The notes under the pieces were generated by a model, which was given only the letters and a program-made list of their open reading frames with translations, was not told the origin of the DNA and did no database searches. From positions 256,001 to 320,000 of the forward strand of contig JBILLK010000004.1 of assembly GCA_044376115.1 (NCBI GenBank): DNA of 64,000 nt, written 5' to 3'. The DNA is from Polyangiaceae bacterium. GTDB taxonomy: Bacteria > Myxococcota_A > Polyangia > Polyangiales > Polyangiaceae. Positions 16,740-25,998 of the stretch are shown piece after piece. A program made the translations under genes and the position numbers. Every line of letters begins with the position of its first letter. The first letter of the stretch is position 1.

Positions 16740-19277
16740 ATGCGCTTCCCCGCGGTCACGATCACGAGCTTGGTTTTGCTGCTGTCAGCCTCGGCAAACG
16801 CTGCACCCTCGACGCATCGGCCAGGCGCTCTGCGTGTCGCTGAAGCCTCGGGACGCGGACTCGCCGCTCATCGAGACGTACCGCTCGTCCTCACGCTCAA
16901 GCAGGCTCCTTCCCCGACGATCGTGGCGCAGCTGCAGGCGCTTGGAGCGACCCTCGTGGAGCCGTTCGAGTCTGGCTCGATCTCAAACCGGATCGCGCAG
17001 CGCACGCGAACGCTGTCGGTGACGGTTGCCCGCAGCGAGCTGCAACAGCTGCTCGCCTCACCGTTGATCGAGCGCGTCGCATTCGATGGTCATCCATTCA
17101 AAGCGCCGCGACCGCTCAACCACACGCAAGAGCTGATCTCGGCCGATGACGTTCACCGCACCCTTGGTAGCAGCGGGCTTCCCCTAACCGGAAAAGGCAT
17201 CACCATCTGCGACAGCGATTCGGGAGTGGACGTGTTGCACCCCATGTTCTTTCGCCCGGACCTCGGCTTCTTCGATTTCAGTGACGAGAACGACAACGGC
17301 TTCTTCGATCCTGCGGTGGATAGCATCCGCTGGAACGGCGCAGACGTCGTGCTGCGTTCACTCAATGGCGTGGTGATCGATCGTGGCTCGGGGGAACCGC
17401 TGTTCGGCAGCGAAGGCACTGCCATCGACTTTGCGTACGACTATGTGTACGCCGATCTCAACGGGGACGGAGTCCGCAACGCCGGGATCGAGGCCGGTTT
17501 CACCGAGGCGACGCCAACCTACGGAGAACCGCTGTTCATCGCCGATGACGTCGACGGAGACGGTGAACTTCAGCGCGGCGAGCGCTTGGTCGCGTTGGGC
17601 AGTTCGAAGATCAAAGCCTTCCGTTACGACGGCGAAACCTATGAACGCGGAAAGAACCTGATCGAGGCCCCGTGGGACGACGAGATGCAACACGGGACCG
17701 GCGCCTCGGGGGTGCTGCTCGGTGGGCAGCTCGGCTTTGGCCGGTTGGTCGGCATGGCGCCCGACGCGGAGCTGGTGATGGCGGCGGAGCGCGGCGGCGG
17801 ACGCGAGTATGCGATGACCAACTTCTGTATCAACCGTGGCTCACGCGTGGTTCTGCATGAGTACGCGCCGTGGCAGGGTTATCACCTGGATGGATCGAGC
17901 GAACTCGAGCAGTTGATCGACGAGTCCTCGTTGGAGGGCGTGGTTCACATCAACCCTGCCGGCAATTTGTCGACCTCGCAGAAGCTGATGCGCCGCACGC
18001 TCGATGCCTCGGGCACCACCAGCTTGCCCATCGTCGTACCGGCAATCAACGCAACCTTCTTCGGAACGACGCTGTTATGGCTCGACGCTTCCCGCGATCT
18101 CAGCTTCCGCATCGAGTCACCAAGCGGAGCTGCTCTGGACATCGGAACCGGGCAAAACATCGTGCAAAGCTCGCTGGACGGTAAAACGCTGTACGCCTAC
18201 CGCGAGGATTCGCCGCGCGGGACGGCAAAGCTCGACATCTACCTGTTCGACGAAAACGTACCAACGGCCGTCGAGCCGGGAGACTGGCGAGTGATCGTGA
18301 GCGACACCTCGGGACAAGCGCCGATCGAGCTCATTGGCAGCGTCCAAGATGAGGTCAGCGGCTGGGGCTTGGGCGCACACTTCACCGAGCACGTAACCGA
18401 AGACCACTTGGTCGGCTGGCCTGGGACCGCCGATCGAGGTCTCGCGGTGTCGGCTTACGTTGGGCACGGCGACTTCCCCTATGCAGCGGGCGAAGAGGGA
18501 GCCCGGGCCTACTATTCGGGACGAGGCCACCGCATCGATGGGGTGCCGCTGATGTGGATCTCGGCCCCCGACAACCCGATTGTTCCGGCGCGCTTCAGCG
18601 ACCAAGAGCTCGGCTACCTGATCTACGGCGGTACGTCAGGCGCGAGTCCGCACGTCGCTGGGTCAGCCGCTTTGATGTTGGAGAATGATCCAGCGTTGGA
18701 CGGCGACGGCGTCAAGGCGCTGATCAAAGCCGGGGCCTTCGTTGACGCCTTCACCGGCGCGGTCCCGAATGACGACTTCGGCTGGGGCAAGCTCGATACC
18801 TACAGGTCAATCTTTGGTCGGTCGGCCCCCGAGGGCACAGCCCCTGAGCTCACGCCTCTCGACGTCACCGTCGAGGTTGGTACGAGTTCCATTCCGTTGA
18901 CGGTGACCGACAAGGAGGACGCTATCGAGTCACTGCGCCTCGATGCCGACCTCGACTACGATGGCGTGTTCGATCAAGAGCTTGCATCTTCGGCGACCCC
19001 CGAGCTGGAACTCAACTTCAGCGAGCCTGGGTCGCACGTGATCAAGCTGCGAGCCAGCGACGTCACCGGACGCAGCGGGCAAGCGTTGCTTCGAGTCTCG
19101 GTTGTCGAGCCCGAGCCCGAGCCTGAGCCGGAACCTGAGAACGAGTTCGACCCCGCGTTCTACCCGGCAGGTGGTTGCGGAGTTACGAGCTCGGGAGGTT
19201 CACCGAGCGGGCTGTTCGTGGCTGGCCTCGCGCTCGCGGTTGCTCTTGGCGCCGCACGCCGCCGATCAAGATCATGA
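16740..19277 (+). CDS. Secreted S8 (subtilisin-like) serine protease with MYXO-CTERM-like sorting tail
   Basis: Signal peptide; catalytic CDSDSG, QHGTG and GGTSGASP; oxyanion PAGN; C-terminal GGC...hydrophobic...RRR. Confidence 0.9.
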   Translation: MRFPAVTITSLVLLLSASANAAPSTHRPGALRVAEASGRGLAAHRDVPLVLTLKQAPSPTIVAQLQALGATLVEPFESGSISNRIAQRTRTLSVTVARSELQQLLASPLIERVAFDGHPFKAPRPLNHTQELISADDVHRTLGSSGLPLTGKGITICDSDSGVDVLHPMFFRPDLGFFDFSDENDNGFFDPAVDSIRWNGADVVLRSLNGVVIDRGSGEPLFGSEGTAIDFAYDYVYADLNGDGVRNAGIEAGFTEATPTYGEPLFIADDVDGDGELQRGERLVALGSSKIKAFRYDGETYERGKNLIEAPWDDEMQHGTGASGVLLGGQLGFGRLVGMAPDAELVMAAERGGGREYAMTNFCINRGSRVVLHEYAPWQGYHLDGSSELEQLIDESSLEGVVHINPAGNLSTSQKLMRRTLDASGTTSLPIVVPAINATFFGTTLLWLDASRDLSFRIESPSGAALDIGTGQNIVQSSLDGKTLYAYREDSPRGTAKLDIYLFDENVPTAVEPGDWRVIVSDTSGQAPIELIGSVQDEVSGWGLGAHFTEHVTEDHLVGWPGTADRGLAVSAYVGHGDFPYAAGEEGARAYYSGRGHRIDGVPLMWISAPDNPIVPARFSDQELGYLIYGGTSGASPHVAGSAALMLENDPALDGDGVKALIKAGAFVDAFTGAVPNDDFGWGKLDTYRSIFGRSAPEGTAPELTPLDVTVEVGTSSIPLTVTDKEDAIESLRLDADLDYDGVFDQELASSATPELELNFSEPGSHVIKLRASDVTGRSGQALLRVSVVEPEPEPEPEPENEFDPAFYPAGGCGVTSSGGSPSGLFVAGLALAVALGAARRRSRS

Positions 19278-19284
19278 CGCCGCC

Positions 19285-19321
19285 GCCAGCTCGAGGGCGC
19301 TGCGCCAGCGCCCGGGCTGGC
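19285..19321. terminator. GC-rich hairpin between convergent genes
   Basis: GGGCGCTG/CAGCGCCC inner stem with GCCAGC/GCTGGC outer stem. Confidence 0.5.
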
Positions 19322-19325
19322 AGCC

Positions 19326-20123
19326 CTAACTCAGGCCCAAGCCGAAGCGACGTTCCGCGTTGGCGGTGGTCTGCTGCGCGAGCAGCTCGAGCGTGATGTT
19401 TCGCAGTTCAGCGACGCGCTTTGCAGTCTGCACCACCATGCTTGGACGGCACGGCTTTCCACGGAAGGGAATTGGCGCGAGGTACGGGCTATCGGTTTCG
19501 ACCATGATGCGCTCCGACGGAGCCCAACTCGCTACCTCATGAATGCTCTTGGCGTTCTTGAAGGTCACCACGCCGGAGAACGAAAGATCGAAATCCATGT
19601 CCAGGGCCCTTCGCGCAAAGCCGAGGTCCTCACTGAAGCAGTGAATCACGCCGCCGACCTCGCGGGCGTTCTCCTCCGCGAGGATGGTCAGCGTGTCCTC
19701 AGCGGCTTCCCTCGTGTGAACGACGATCGGCTTCTTTAGCGACTTGGCGAGCGCGATCGTCCGCCGGAAGACCTCTTGTTGCAGCTCTTTGGGCGAGTGC
19801 ATGTAGTGGTAGTCCAGGCCGATCTCGCCCACCGCTACCACCTCTGCGTGCCCGGCTAGCTGCTCGAGCTCGCTCAACATCGCCTCGGAGAGATGACTTG
19901 CGTCGTGCGGGTGCAAGCCAACCGCGGCGCGAACGTCCGGCTCCTTTCTAGCGATCGCAAGAGCTCCGCGCGCGGCAGCCAGCGAGTCATCAACGCCGAT
20001 CACCATGAAGCCACAAACGCCCTCACGGCGGGCCTCGTCGAGAGCCTCGCTATAGCCGTTTGGGTAGTAGTGCGGGTCGAGATGGCAGTGCGTATCAACC
20101 AAGCGCAAAGATGCAGTCGTCAC
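19326..20123 (-). CDS. tatD: TatD family nuclease
   Basis: DTHCHL, GLHPH, VGEIGLDY, VHTREA, IHCFS and VETDSPYLAP. GAGGAG RBS before GTG 20123. Confidence 0.93.
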   Translation of the reverse strand: MTTASLRLVDTHCHLDPHYYPNGYSEALDEARREGVCGFMVIGVDDSLAAARGALAIARKEPDVRAAVGLHPHDASHLSEAMLSELEQLAGHAEVVAVGEIGLDYHYMHSPKELQQEVFRRTIALAKSLKKPIVVHTREAAEDTLTILAEENAREVGGVIHCFSEDLGFARRALDMDFDLSFSGVVTFKNAKSIHEVASWAPSERIMVETDSPYLAPIPFRGKPCRPSMVVQTAKRVAELRNITLELLAQQTTANAERRFGLGLS

Positions 20124-20131
20124 AGCGCTCC

Positions 20132-22480
20132 TCAAACCACCAGCTCGGCAAAGCGACTTCGAAGCACCGCCGAAGCAGCGTCGAGCGCGCTGAGCTCGCT
20201 GTAACCAATCGCGCGCAGCCGCTCCATCATCGCCCACGCCTCTTTCCGGCGAGACTCGCCCAAATCTCGCAGCTCGCGTTCATTGGGCTCGGCACCAACA
20301 CGTTCTTTCTTCTCGCGCAGCACTCGGACGAGGTCTCGGACGAGCAGCGCGACAGGCTTGCGACGCTCGGTAAACACGGCGTCACGTAGGTTCTTCTGCA
20401 AATCAGGGAAGACCACGTCGTTCGAATGACGCTCGCCCGGATGGTCGATCGCCCAGGCCGCGATCGAGGAGATGAAGCTCTTGCGATGCTCGTCGTTCTT
20501 GGAGGTCACTCCGAGCAGTGCCTCGACTTCGCGCATCATCCGTTCGTCGGCCTTCTCGTGTTCACCGGTATGCGGGTTGCGGATCGTTTCACCTTTGACC
20601 CAAACCGACACGTGGTGGACGTAACGATCGAACAGCTCGCGGTACTTGTCTTCATCGACGAGACCGCTCGCTTTGCGCATCTCCTCCTCCAACGTTTCGA
20701 GCAGGCGGCGACGAGCGATGGCACGCATTTCAGCGGTGTCATGGTAGTGCCCGAGCTGCGTCTTGTTGCGGAGCCAGTCGTACTCGCTCATCTGCTTGCA
20801 CAGTTCGTCGAGCTCGTCGAGCACGGCAAAGGGCGAGAGATAGCCGTAGTGCCTGTTCTGTGACGCGTTCAACAACACCGTTCGCATCGTGCGCGGGCTC
20901 GCGCCTTCTTTGCCCTCGTAGTCGGTGGAGGCGTCGGTCTCTCGGTAGATATCGCCAATTCCAGCTCGCAATAGCTTGCGTGCATCCGACTCGAAGGTCT
21001 CGGGTACGCGCCCTCGTGCGTAGAGGTCCATCTTCTGCTCGACGGTGAGCTCCTTCAGGATCTTGCCGAGCTCGTTCGGGTACTTGTCCTGCGAGGGCTT
21101 CTCCAACCGCGTCATCACCGCAAACTCGGCCGCGACCCGCGTTGCGTGTGGAGCCACGTGGCATCCGAGGTACGGCACGATCTGCCGATCGTAGATCTGC
21201 TGTTCATCCAAGCTATTGCGCAGGTAGGGCGCCGGCACGAGTTCAAAGCGTCCCCGAAAGCTCGGGAACTCGGGGTGCTCCCGGAAGGCGGACAGGTGAA
21301 TCTCATTGGCGCTGCCGATCATCACCACGTTGGTTTGAACATTCTGGTGGGGCAGCGCGATCTCTCCCGTCTCCAAGGTCAGCTGCAAATAACGGAACGC
21401 GTCGATCGGCCGCTTCAGCAGATCGCTGAACTCGAGCACGCCGCCTGCGGCCTCGACCAGCTCGCCGTGCGCTTCGAACAGCGTGGTGGCCTGAAGTGCG
21501 GTGGGCAGCGCCGAGAGCGAGCGATCGGCGGTGATCTGGCGCTCACCGGCATCCACCGACAGCTCCGGCCCGAGCGTGATCGCTCCTTGCCGGTACTTGC
21601 GCGAGATGAACCAGCGCTCCACTTGCACGTGGCGCAAGACGCGCGGCAAGCTGCCTGCCTCCGACAGCAAGAGCGCCTGAAACACCTGCTGGTTCTTGTG
21701 CGACAAGAGGCCGGTCTTGAGCCAAGTTGGCGGCGTCAACCCCCGCGCCGCGAACCATTTCTCAAGCAGAGGCTGACGATGCTTCACCGGCAGCAGGAAC
21801 AGCGGATGGTCACGCAGCTCCATCACCAAGCGCGCGTCGATGTCGTCGTCGGTGAGGTGCGCGAACGTCTCTTCCCAACTGCCCTCGCTCACCTCGGTCG
21901 AGCGCTCCCCGCCAAAACCGATGGCACCGCGGGTCGACTTACGGCTCGGGAACACCCAGTGGAAGCGGTAGAGCGCCCCTTCCGGGAGCATCGAATAGTG
22001 CTCGAGCCCACGCAGAATGCACGCCGCCGTTGTGCTCTTCGCACTGCCGTTCGGCCCGTGAGCGAGCACCAGCTTGTTGGCCCGCCCCTCATTTACGAAG
22101 TTGCTCAGGAACTTGTAGATCGCTCCCTGCAGCTCTTCTTGGGCAACCAGCGTTGGTTCACGAGACTCAACGGTTCCGCCTTCGCGCGCCCACGGCGAGT
22201 CAAACAGGGCGAACCGGGTAACACGCCCTGTAGGCTTTTCGATCTCGCTCGTTCCGAAGTGATCGAACATGTCGCGCACGTAGGTGGCGGCATCGCGACC
22301 GTGACGGGCTGGGTCTTCGATGAAGAGCTCGACGTACTCCCTGAAGGAGAGCACCGTCTTCGAGACTTCAAAGTCCGACCGCAGGCGCTCAGCCACCTCC
22401 GACAGTCCGGCGACGGCGTCCTTCCTTCGTTGGTCAGGCGAGAGTTCTGCGGCTTGGGGCTTCGGCTTGGAGGGGTTCAC
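20132..22480 (-). CDS. prkA: PrkA/YeaG family AAA+ serine protein kinase
   Basis: HGPNGSAKST, GELVEAAGGVLEFSDLLKRP, HVAPH, EGASPR and LFDRYV. Confidence 0.88.
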   Translation of the reverse strand: MNPSKPKPQAAELSPDQRRKDAVAGLSEVAERLRSDFEVSKTVLSFREYVELFIEDPARHGRDAATYVRDMFDHFGTSEIEKPTGRVTRFALFDSPWAREGGTVESREPTLVAQEELQGAIYKFLSNFVNEGRANKLVLAHGPNGSAKSTTAACILRGLEHYSMLPEGALYRFHWVFPSRKSTRGAIGFGGERSTEVSEGSWEETFAHLTDDDIDARLVMELRDHPLFLLPVKHRQPLLEKWFAARGLTPPTWLKTGLLSHKNQQVFQALLLSEAGSLPRVLRHVQVERWFISRKYRQGAITLGPELSVDAGERQITADRSLSALPTALQATTLFEAHGELVEAAGGVLEFSDLLKRPIDAFRYLQLTLETGEIALPHQNVQTNVVMIGSANEIHLSAFREHPEFPSFRGRFELVPAPYLRNSLDEQQIYDRQIVPYLGCHVAPHATRVAAEFAVMTRLEKPSQDKYPNELGKILKELTVEQKMDLYARGRVPETFESDARKLLRAGIGDIYRETDASTDYEGKEGASPRTMRTVLLNASQNRHYGYLSPFAVLDELDELCKQMSEYDWLRNKTQLGHYHDTAEMRAIARRRLLETLEEEMRKASGLVDEDKYRELFDRYVHHVSVWVKGETIRNPHTGEHEKADERMMREVEALLGVTSKNDEHRKSFISSIAAWAIDHPGERHSNDVVFPDLQKNLRDAVFTERRKPVALLVRDLVRVLREKKERVGAEPNERELRDLGESRRKEAWAMMERLRAIGYSELSALDAASAVLRSRFAELVV

Positions 22481-22570
22481 GCGAAGGCCACCGTATCATG
22501 AGCGCCCGGCGGCTGCTGTCTGGCAAGAATCCCGGCCAGGCCAGTCAGCGCGTCCGAGCCGGTGGCTCGT

Positions 22571-23854
22571 TCAGCGAGCGAGAAGGAGCGCGATCACCAC
22601 GCCGACGACGAGCAACACGCCGCCGACCAAGGCGGGCAACTGCCAGCTCGGCCGAGCAGGCGGAAGACCCATGATGACGTAGTCTTGAGGCAGGCCCGAG
22701 TTCGCACTGCCCGGTGAGGCTTGCTTGAAGGCCGCGTCCATCGCGGAGAAATCGGGCCCCGCTGCGAGCTTCTGCTGATGGGCTGCAAGATGCGCGGGAA
22801 GCCCCTCTGTGATGGCTTTCTCCAAGTCAGCTTCTGTCATCTTCGCCCAAACGCGATGATCGCCGCGCAGACCGAAAGCAGCTCCCAGAGCGTCGACGTA
22901 GGCGCCAATCGAGGAGGGGCGAAGGTCTGGACTCTTGGCCAACGCAAGTTCCATGACCTCATCCAAGGTCTCTGGGAGGCCGTGAGCCTTGCCCGCAACC
23001 GACATCAACTCAGGGTCTTGAGTCAGAATCGCAAGGAGGATCGCGGGGCCGGTATTGCCTGGAAAAGGCACCTTGCCGGTCAGACACTCATAGACGATGG
23101 CCGCGAGAGACCAGACGTCCGCTCGATGATCCAAGCTGGCCAACCCCTGCGCTTGTTCGGGCGCCATGTAGTACGGCGAGCCAATCGTCGTGCCCATGAC
23201 CGTGAGCTTCTTGGCGTTCTCCGAGTTGTCACGTACCGATCCGAAGTCGAGGATCTTCGTACGATCGCCTTCCGCCGTGTGACAAAGGAACAGGTTGTCT
23301 GGCTTCAAATCGCGGTGGACTTGCTGTTTTGTGTGGGCCTCGGCCAGTCCGATCGCGACCTGCGAAGCCATACGAAGCGCGCGAGCAGGGCGCATCACCT
23401 TCTCGCGCTTGAGGAACATCCGAAGCTCCTCCCCCTCGAGGTACTCCATCGCCAGTGCGTACGAGCCGTCGTCGGTGCGCTCGAAGGCGTAGACGTCAAC
23501 GATGTGATCGTGCGGTAGGCCCGACGAGACCTGGAACTCACGCTTGAACCGCTCCACGGCAACGGCGTCTTGTGCGACCTCCGGGTGAAGGATTTTGAGC
23601 GCAACTCCGCGCGGCGCGGCTACCCCGTCGGGGCCAACCCAACCGGTGTCGAGGGCTTGATACACCCGACCCATGCCACCGTCGGCGACGATGCGCCAAA
23701 GAACGTAGCGACCGTTGGTCGTCGTTCCGATTCGCGCATCTTCGGTTGAGCGAGGAGCAGCGGCCGCGTCTGCGACCGCCAGTTTCTCGCCGTCGATCGG
23801 ACAAAAGCCGGAAGCGTCATCGAACAGGCGGTAACACTTCGAACACGCCTTCAT
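22571..23854 (-). CDS. Hanks-type Ser/Thr kinase with N-terminal zinc ribbon and C-terminal membrane anchor
   Basis: CSKC...CPIDG, GGMGRVY, VALK, HRDLKPDN, DFG and APE; terminal hydrophobic helix. Confidence 0.93.
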   Translation of the reverse strand: MKACSKCYRLFDDASGFCPIDGEKLAVADAAAAPRSTEDARIGTTTNGRYVLWRIVADGGMGRVYQALDTGWVGPDGVAAPRGVALKILHPEVAQDAVAVERFKREFQVSSGLPHDHIVDVYAFERTDDGSYALAMEYLEGEELRMFLKREKVMRPARALRMASQVAIGLAEAHTKQQVHRDLKPDNLFLCHTAEGDRTKILDFGSVRDNSENAKKLTVMGTTIGSPYYMAPEQAQGLASLDHRADVWSLAAIVYECLTGKVPFPGNTGPAILLAILTQDPELMSVAGKAHGLPETLDEVMELALAKSPDLRPSSIGAYVDALGAAFGLRGDHRVWAKMTEADLEKAITEGLPAHLAAHQQKLAAGPDFSAMDAAFKQASPGSANSGLPQDYVIMGLPPARPSWQLPALVGGVLLVVGVVIALLLAR

Positions 23855-23858
23855 GAGC

Positions 23859-24605
23859 TCACGCGGGGAGCGTGCTTCCGGAGGGATCGGCCTCTGGACG
23901 CGGCGTGTAGTAGAGGAGCCGGCGACAGTTCGGGCATTGCTCGAACTCTTCTTGCCGAAGCATCTTTTGGAACATCATCGGCGGCACGGCGATGTGGCAA
24001 CCGTTGCAAGTTCCGTCGTGGGTCTTAGCGATGGCCCTAGGCCTTCTCGTACGGATGGTTTCATAGCGCCGGAAGAGTACGGGAGGCAGCGCCTTTTTGG
24101 CCGACTCGCGCTGGGCAACCAACTCATCCCGTTCACGCTGCCGCTGCGCCAAGGTTTGGGCAACTCCCTCGGCATCCCCTTCGAGTTCGCGCGTGAGCGC
24201 GTCTCGGCGAGTCTCGCCATCAGTTGCGCTGGTTCGCGCACGATCGCAAAGCCCGTCGAGCTTGCCAATTTCGTCCTCGCGATCACGGACCAACTTGCGA
24301 AGCTCTTCCATCTCGCGTTGGGCCGCTACGGTCTCACGTTCGTTGCGTGAACGGGCGAGCTTCTCGCGCGATTTCTCGATCTGGTTCGTCATCTGCCGAA
24401 CCTCACCGTGGAGTTCCCCTCGGGTCTTCTCCATCGTTGCAATCGATTCTCTCGCCACGGAGATGGTGCCTGCGAGCGCCGCCACCTCATCCTTCAGAGC
24501 GGCGAGGCCACCGCGGCGTAGCGTAAGTTCGTCGTCGACGACCCGCAGTCGTTCATCGATCTCGGAGAGCGTTTCGAGGAGGGGGATCTGGTCTCGTATG
24601 TTCAC
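23859..24605 (-). CDS. Coiled-coil plus C4 zinc-ribbon protein (CdsZ/HP0958-like)
   Basis: Long coiled coil followed by CNGCH...QCPNCRRLLY. Confidence 0.88.
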   Translation of the reverse strand: MNIRDQIPLLETLSEIDERLRVVDDELTLRRGGLAALKDEVAALAGTISVARESIATMEKTRGELHGEVRQMTNQIEKSREKLARSRNERETVAAQREMEELRKLVRDREDEIGKLDGLCDRARTSATDGETRRDALTRELEGDAEGVAQTLAQRQRERDELVAQRESAKKALPPVLFRRYETIRTRRPRAIAKTHDGTCNGCHIAVPPMMFQKMLRQEEFEQCPNCRRLLYYTPRPEADPSGSTLPA

Positions 24606-24660
24606 GGGGTTTTAGCCACCTCAATAAATGAATCGTTCCGGAGGACTCGACCTGCCTGGG

Positions 24661-24723
24661 GCTGCGTCCGCCTTTGGCGGAAAAGGGCGGTTTTCAAGAG
24701 GGACGAGTCATTCTTCTTGCTGC
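24661..24723. repeat. Intergenic modular repeat (REP-like), locus 2
   Basis: GCTGCGTCCGCCTTTGGCGGA and TCAAGAGGGACGAGTCATTCTTCTTGCTGC match modules at 10097-10142. Confidence 0.7.
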
Positions 24724-24778
24724 GCACGGAGGATTCGCTTGAGCGCAAACTCCGGGGTGTTCGTGACGGAGAAACCTG

Positions 24779-24852
24779 TAGGCCCACCTGGGTTCGAACC
24801 AGGAACAGCCCGGTTATGAGCCGGGGGCTCTGACCGATTGAGCTATAGGCCC
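24779..24852 (-). tRNA. tRNA with CAT anticodon, probably tRNA-Ile2 (lysidine-modified)
   Basis: GGGCCTA acceptor; anticodon arm CCCGG-CTCATAA-CCGGG (CGGCTCATAACCG is Ile2-like); T-loop TTCGAAC; CCA not encoded. Confidence 0.88.
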
Positions 24853-24925
24853 AAGACTAGACACCGGGCACGCTAGACGAACGCGTTGGCGCAGGGAAGC
24901 CCCGCGTCGCAAATTCAACTCGGGT

Positions 24926-25882
24926 TCAGCGCTCGAGCACCTTCCGCAGACCGCTTGGGGGCGGTCTGCGCTTAACTTCCTGCGTGATTGTGTCAGGAGC
25001 GTCGCGGCAACAACGGAAGCCTAGACTTGCGGACCGCGCGGCTGGCGCGAGATCTTGGTTCAAGCTTCGGCAGGTTGATGCTCCCCCGCCCCACGCACCA
25101 CCCGCAGCACTCGAGGTGAACGGAGAGCGCATGCGACTCTGCTCCGGATCGGTCACCCATTCGCGGACGTTTCCACTCTGATCGAGGACTCCGAAGCTGC
25201 TCGCGCACGCCGAATGAGCCCCGGATACCGAGCGCCGATCGCTCCGGGCGAAGTCTTCCGCGACCGAAGCTCCACGCGACGGCACGACCTCGATCAAGGG
25301 GCCAGCGTCCCAGTTGCATAGCCCACGCTCGCGCGAGAGCCCCATGGCATACGGACGCACAGCCTCTCCTTCGCACGAGAACTGCCACTCACGAACCGTG
25401 CACAATCGCTTTTCCTCCAGCTCGCAAGCTGCGCTCGCTTCGTCGTAGGACACGAGCACGGCTGGGTAGGCGCCCGCGCGATTCGGGTATTCGAGGCGAT
25501 CGACGCAAAAACGTAGGAACTTGGCTTTGCCTTCGCACAACACTTCGTTGCGGAAGCGCTCACAAACGCCAGGATCGCCGCGCGAACCGGCCCCCAACTC
25601 CTTACGCTTCTTGTCGCAGCGGTGAGCCGCAAAAGGGCAAGCGAAGCCCTCTACCAGAACCATGTCGCTCGAACACACGCCCTCTGCTGCTGGGCTTGGC
25701 GGGGCGCTGATTGCGCTAACTTGGGCGCTGGGAAGCTCTGCAGTTCCCGGGGAGGAGACTTCCAAAACGGGGCTCGATGCCGAGCTCGTTGATTGCAGGT
25801 CAGCAAGCGGAGCCGGCCGACTCGCGAGCAGCACCAGTCCAGCCAGCGCTGCGGAACCGGCAAACACCAAGCCAAGGATCAT
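24926..25882 (-). CDS. Formylglycine-generating enzyme (SUMF1/EgtB/PvdO) domain protein, membrane-anchored
   Basis: FCVDRLEYPN, KRLCTVREWQFSC, FGVLDQSGNVREW and GFRCC. N-terminal TM from ATG 25882. Confidence 0.85.
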   Translation of the reverse strand: MILGLVFAGSAALAGLVLLASRPAPLADLQSTSSASSPVLEVSSPGTAELPSAQVSAISAPPSPAAEGVCSSDMVLVEGFACPFAAHRCDKKRKELGAGSRGDPGVCERFRNEVLCEGKAKFLRFCVDRLEYPNRAGAYPAVLVSYDEASAACELEEKRLCTVREWQFSCEGEAVRPYAMGLSRERGLCNWDAGPLIEVVPSRGASVAEDFARSDRRSVSGAHSACASSFGVLDQSGNVREWVTDPEQSRMRSPFTSSAAGGAWGGGASTCRSLNQDLAPAARSASLGFRCCRDAPDTITQEVKRRPPPSGLRKVLER

Positions 25883-25998
25883 GGATGAGCGCAACCTAGT
25901 TCGCGGTACCACAACGCCAGAGGTCCATGCTACGCGGAGATGCTTGATCGTGGTTTGAGTGGCCCGCCAAACCCCTTCAACTACCCGAAAGGCCTTTC

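Noticed and set aside
13304..24852. Genomic island bounded by the two CAT tRNAs
   Set aside because: The tRNAs are different sequences, not an att duplication; the content is housekeeping and there is no integrase.
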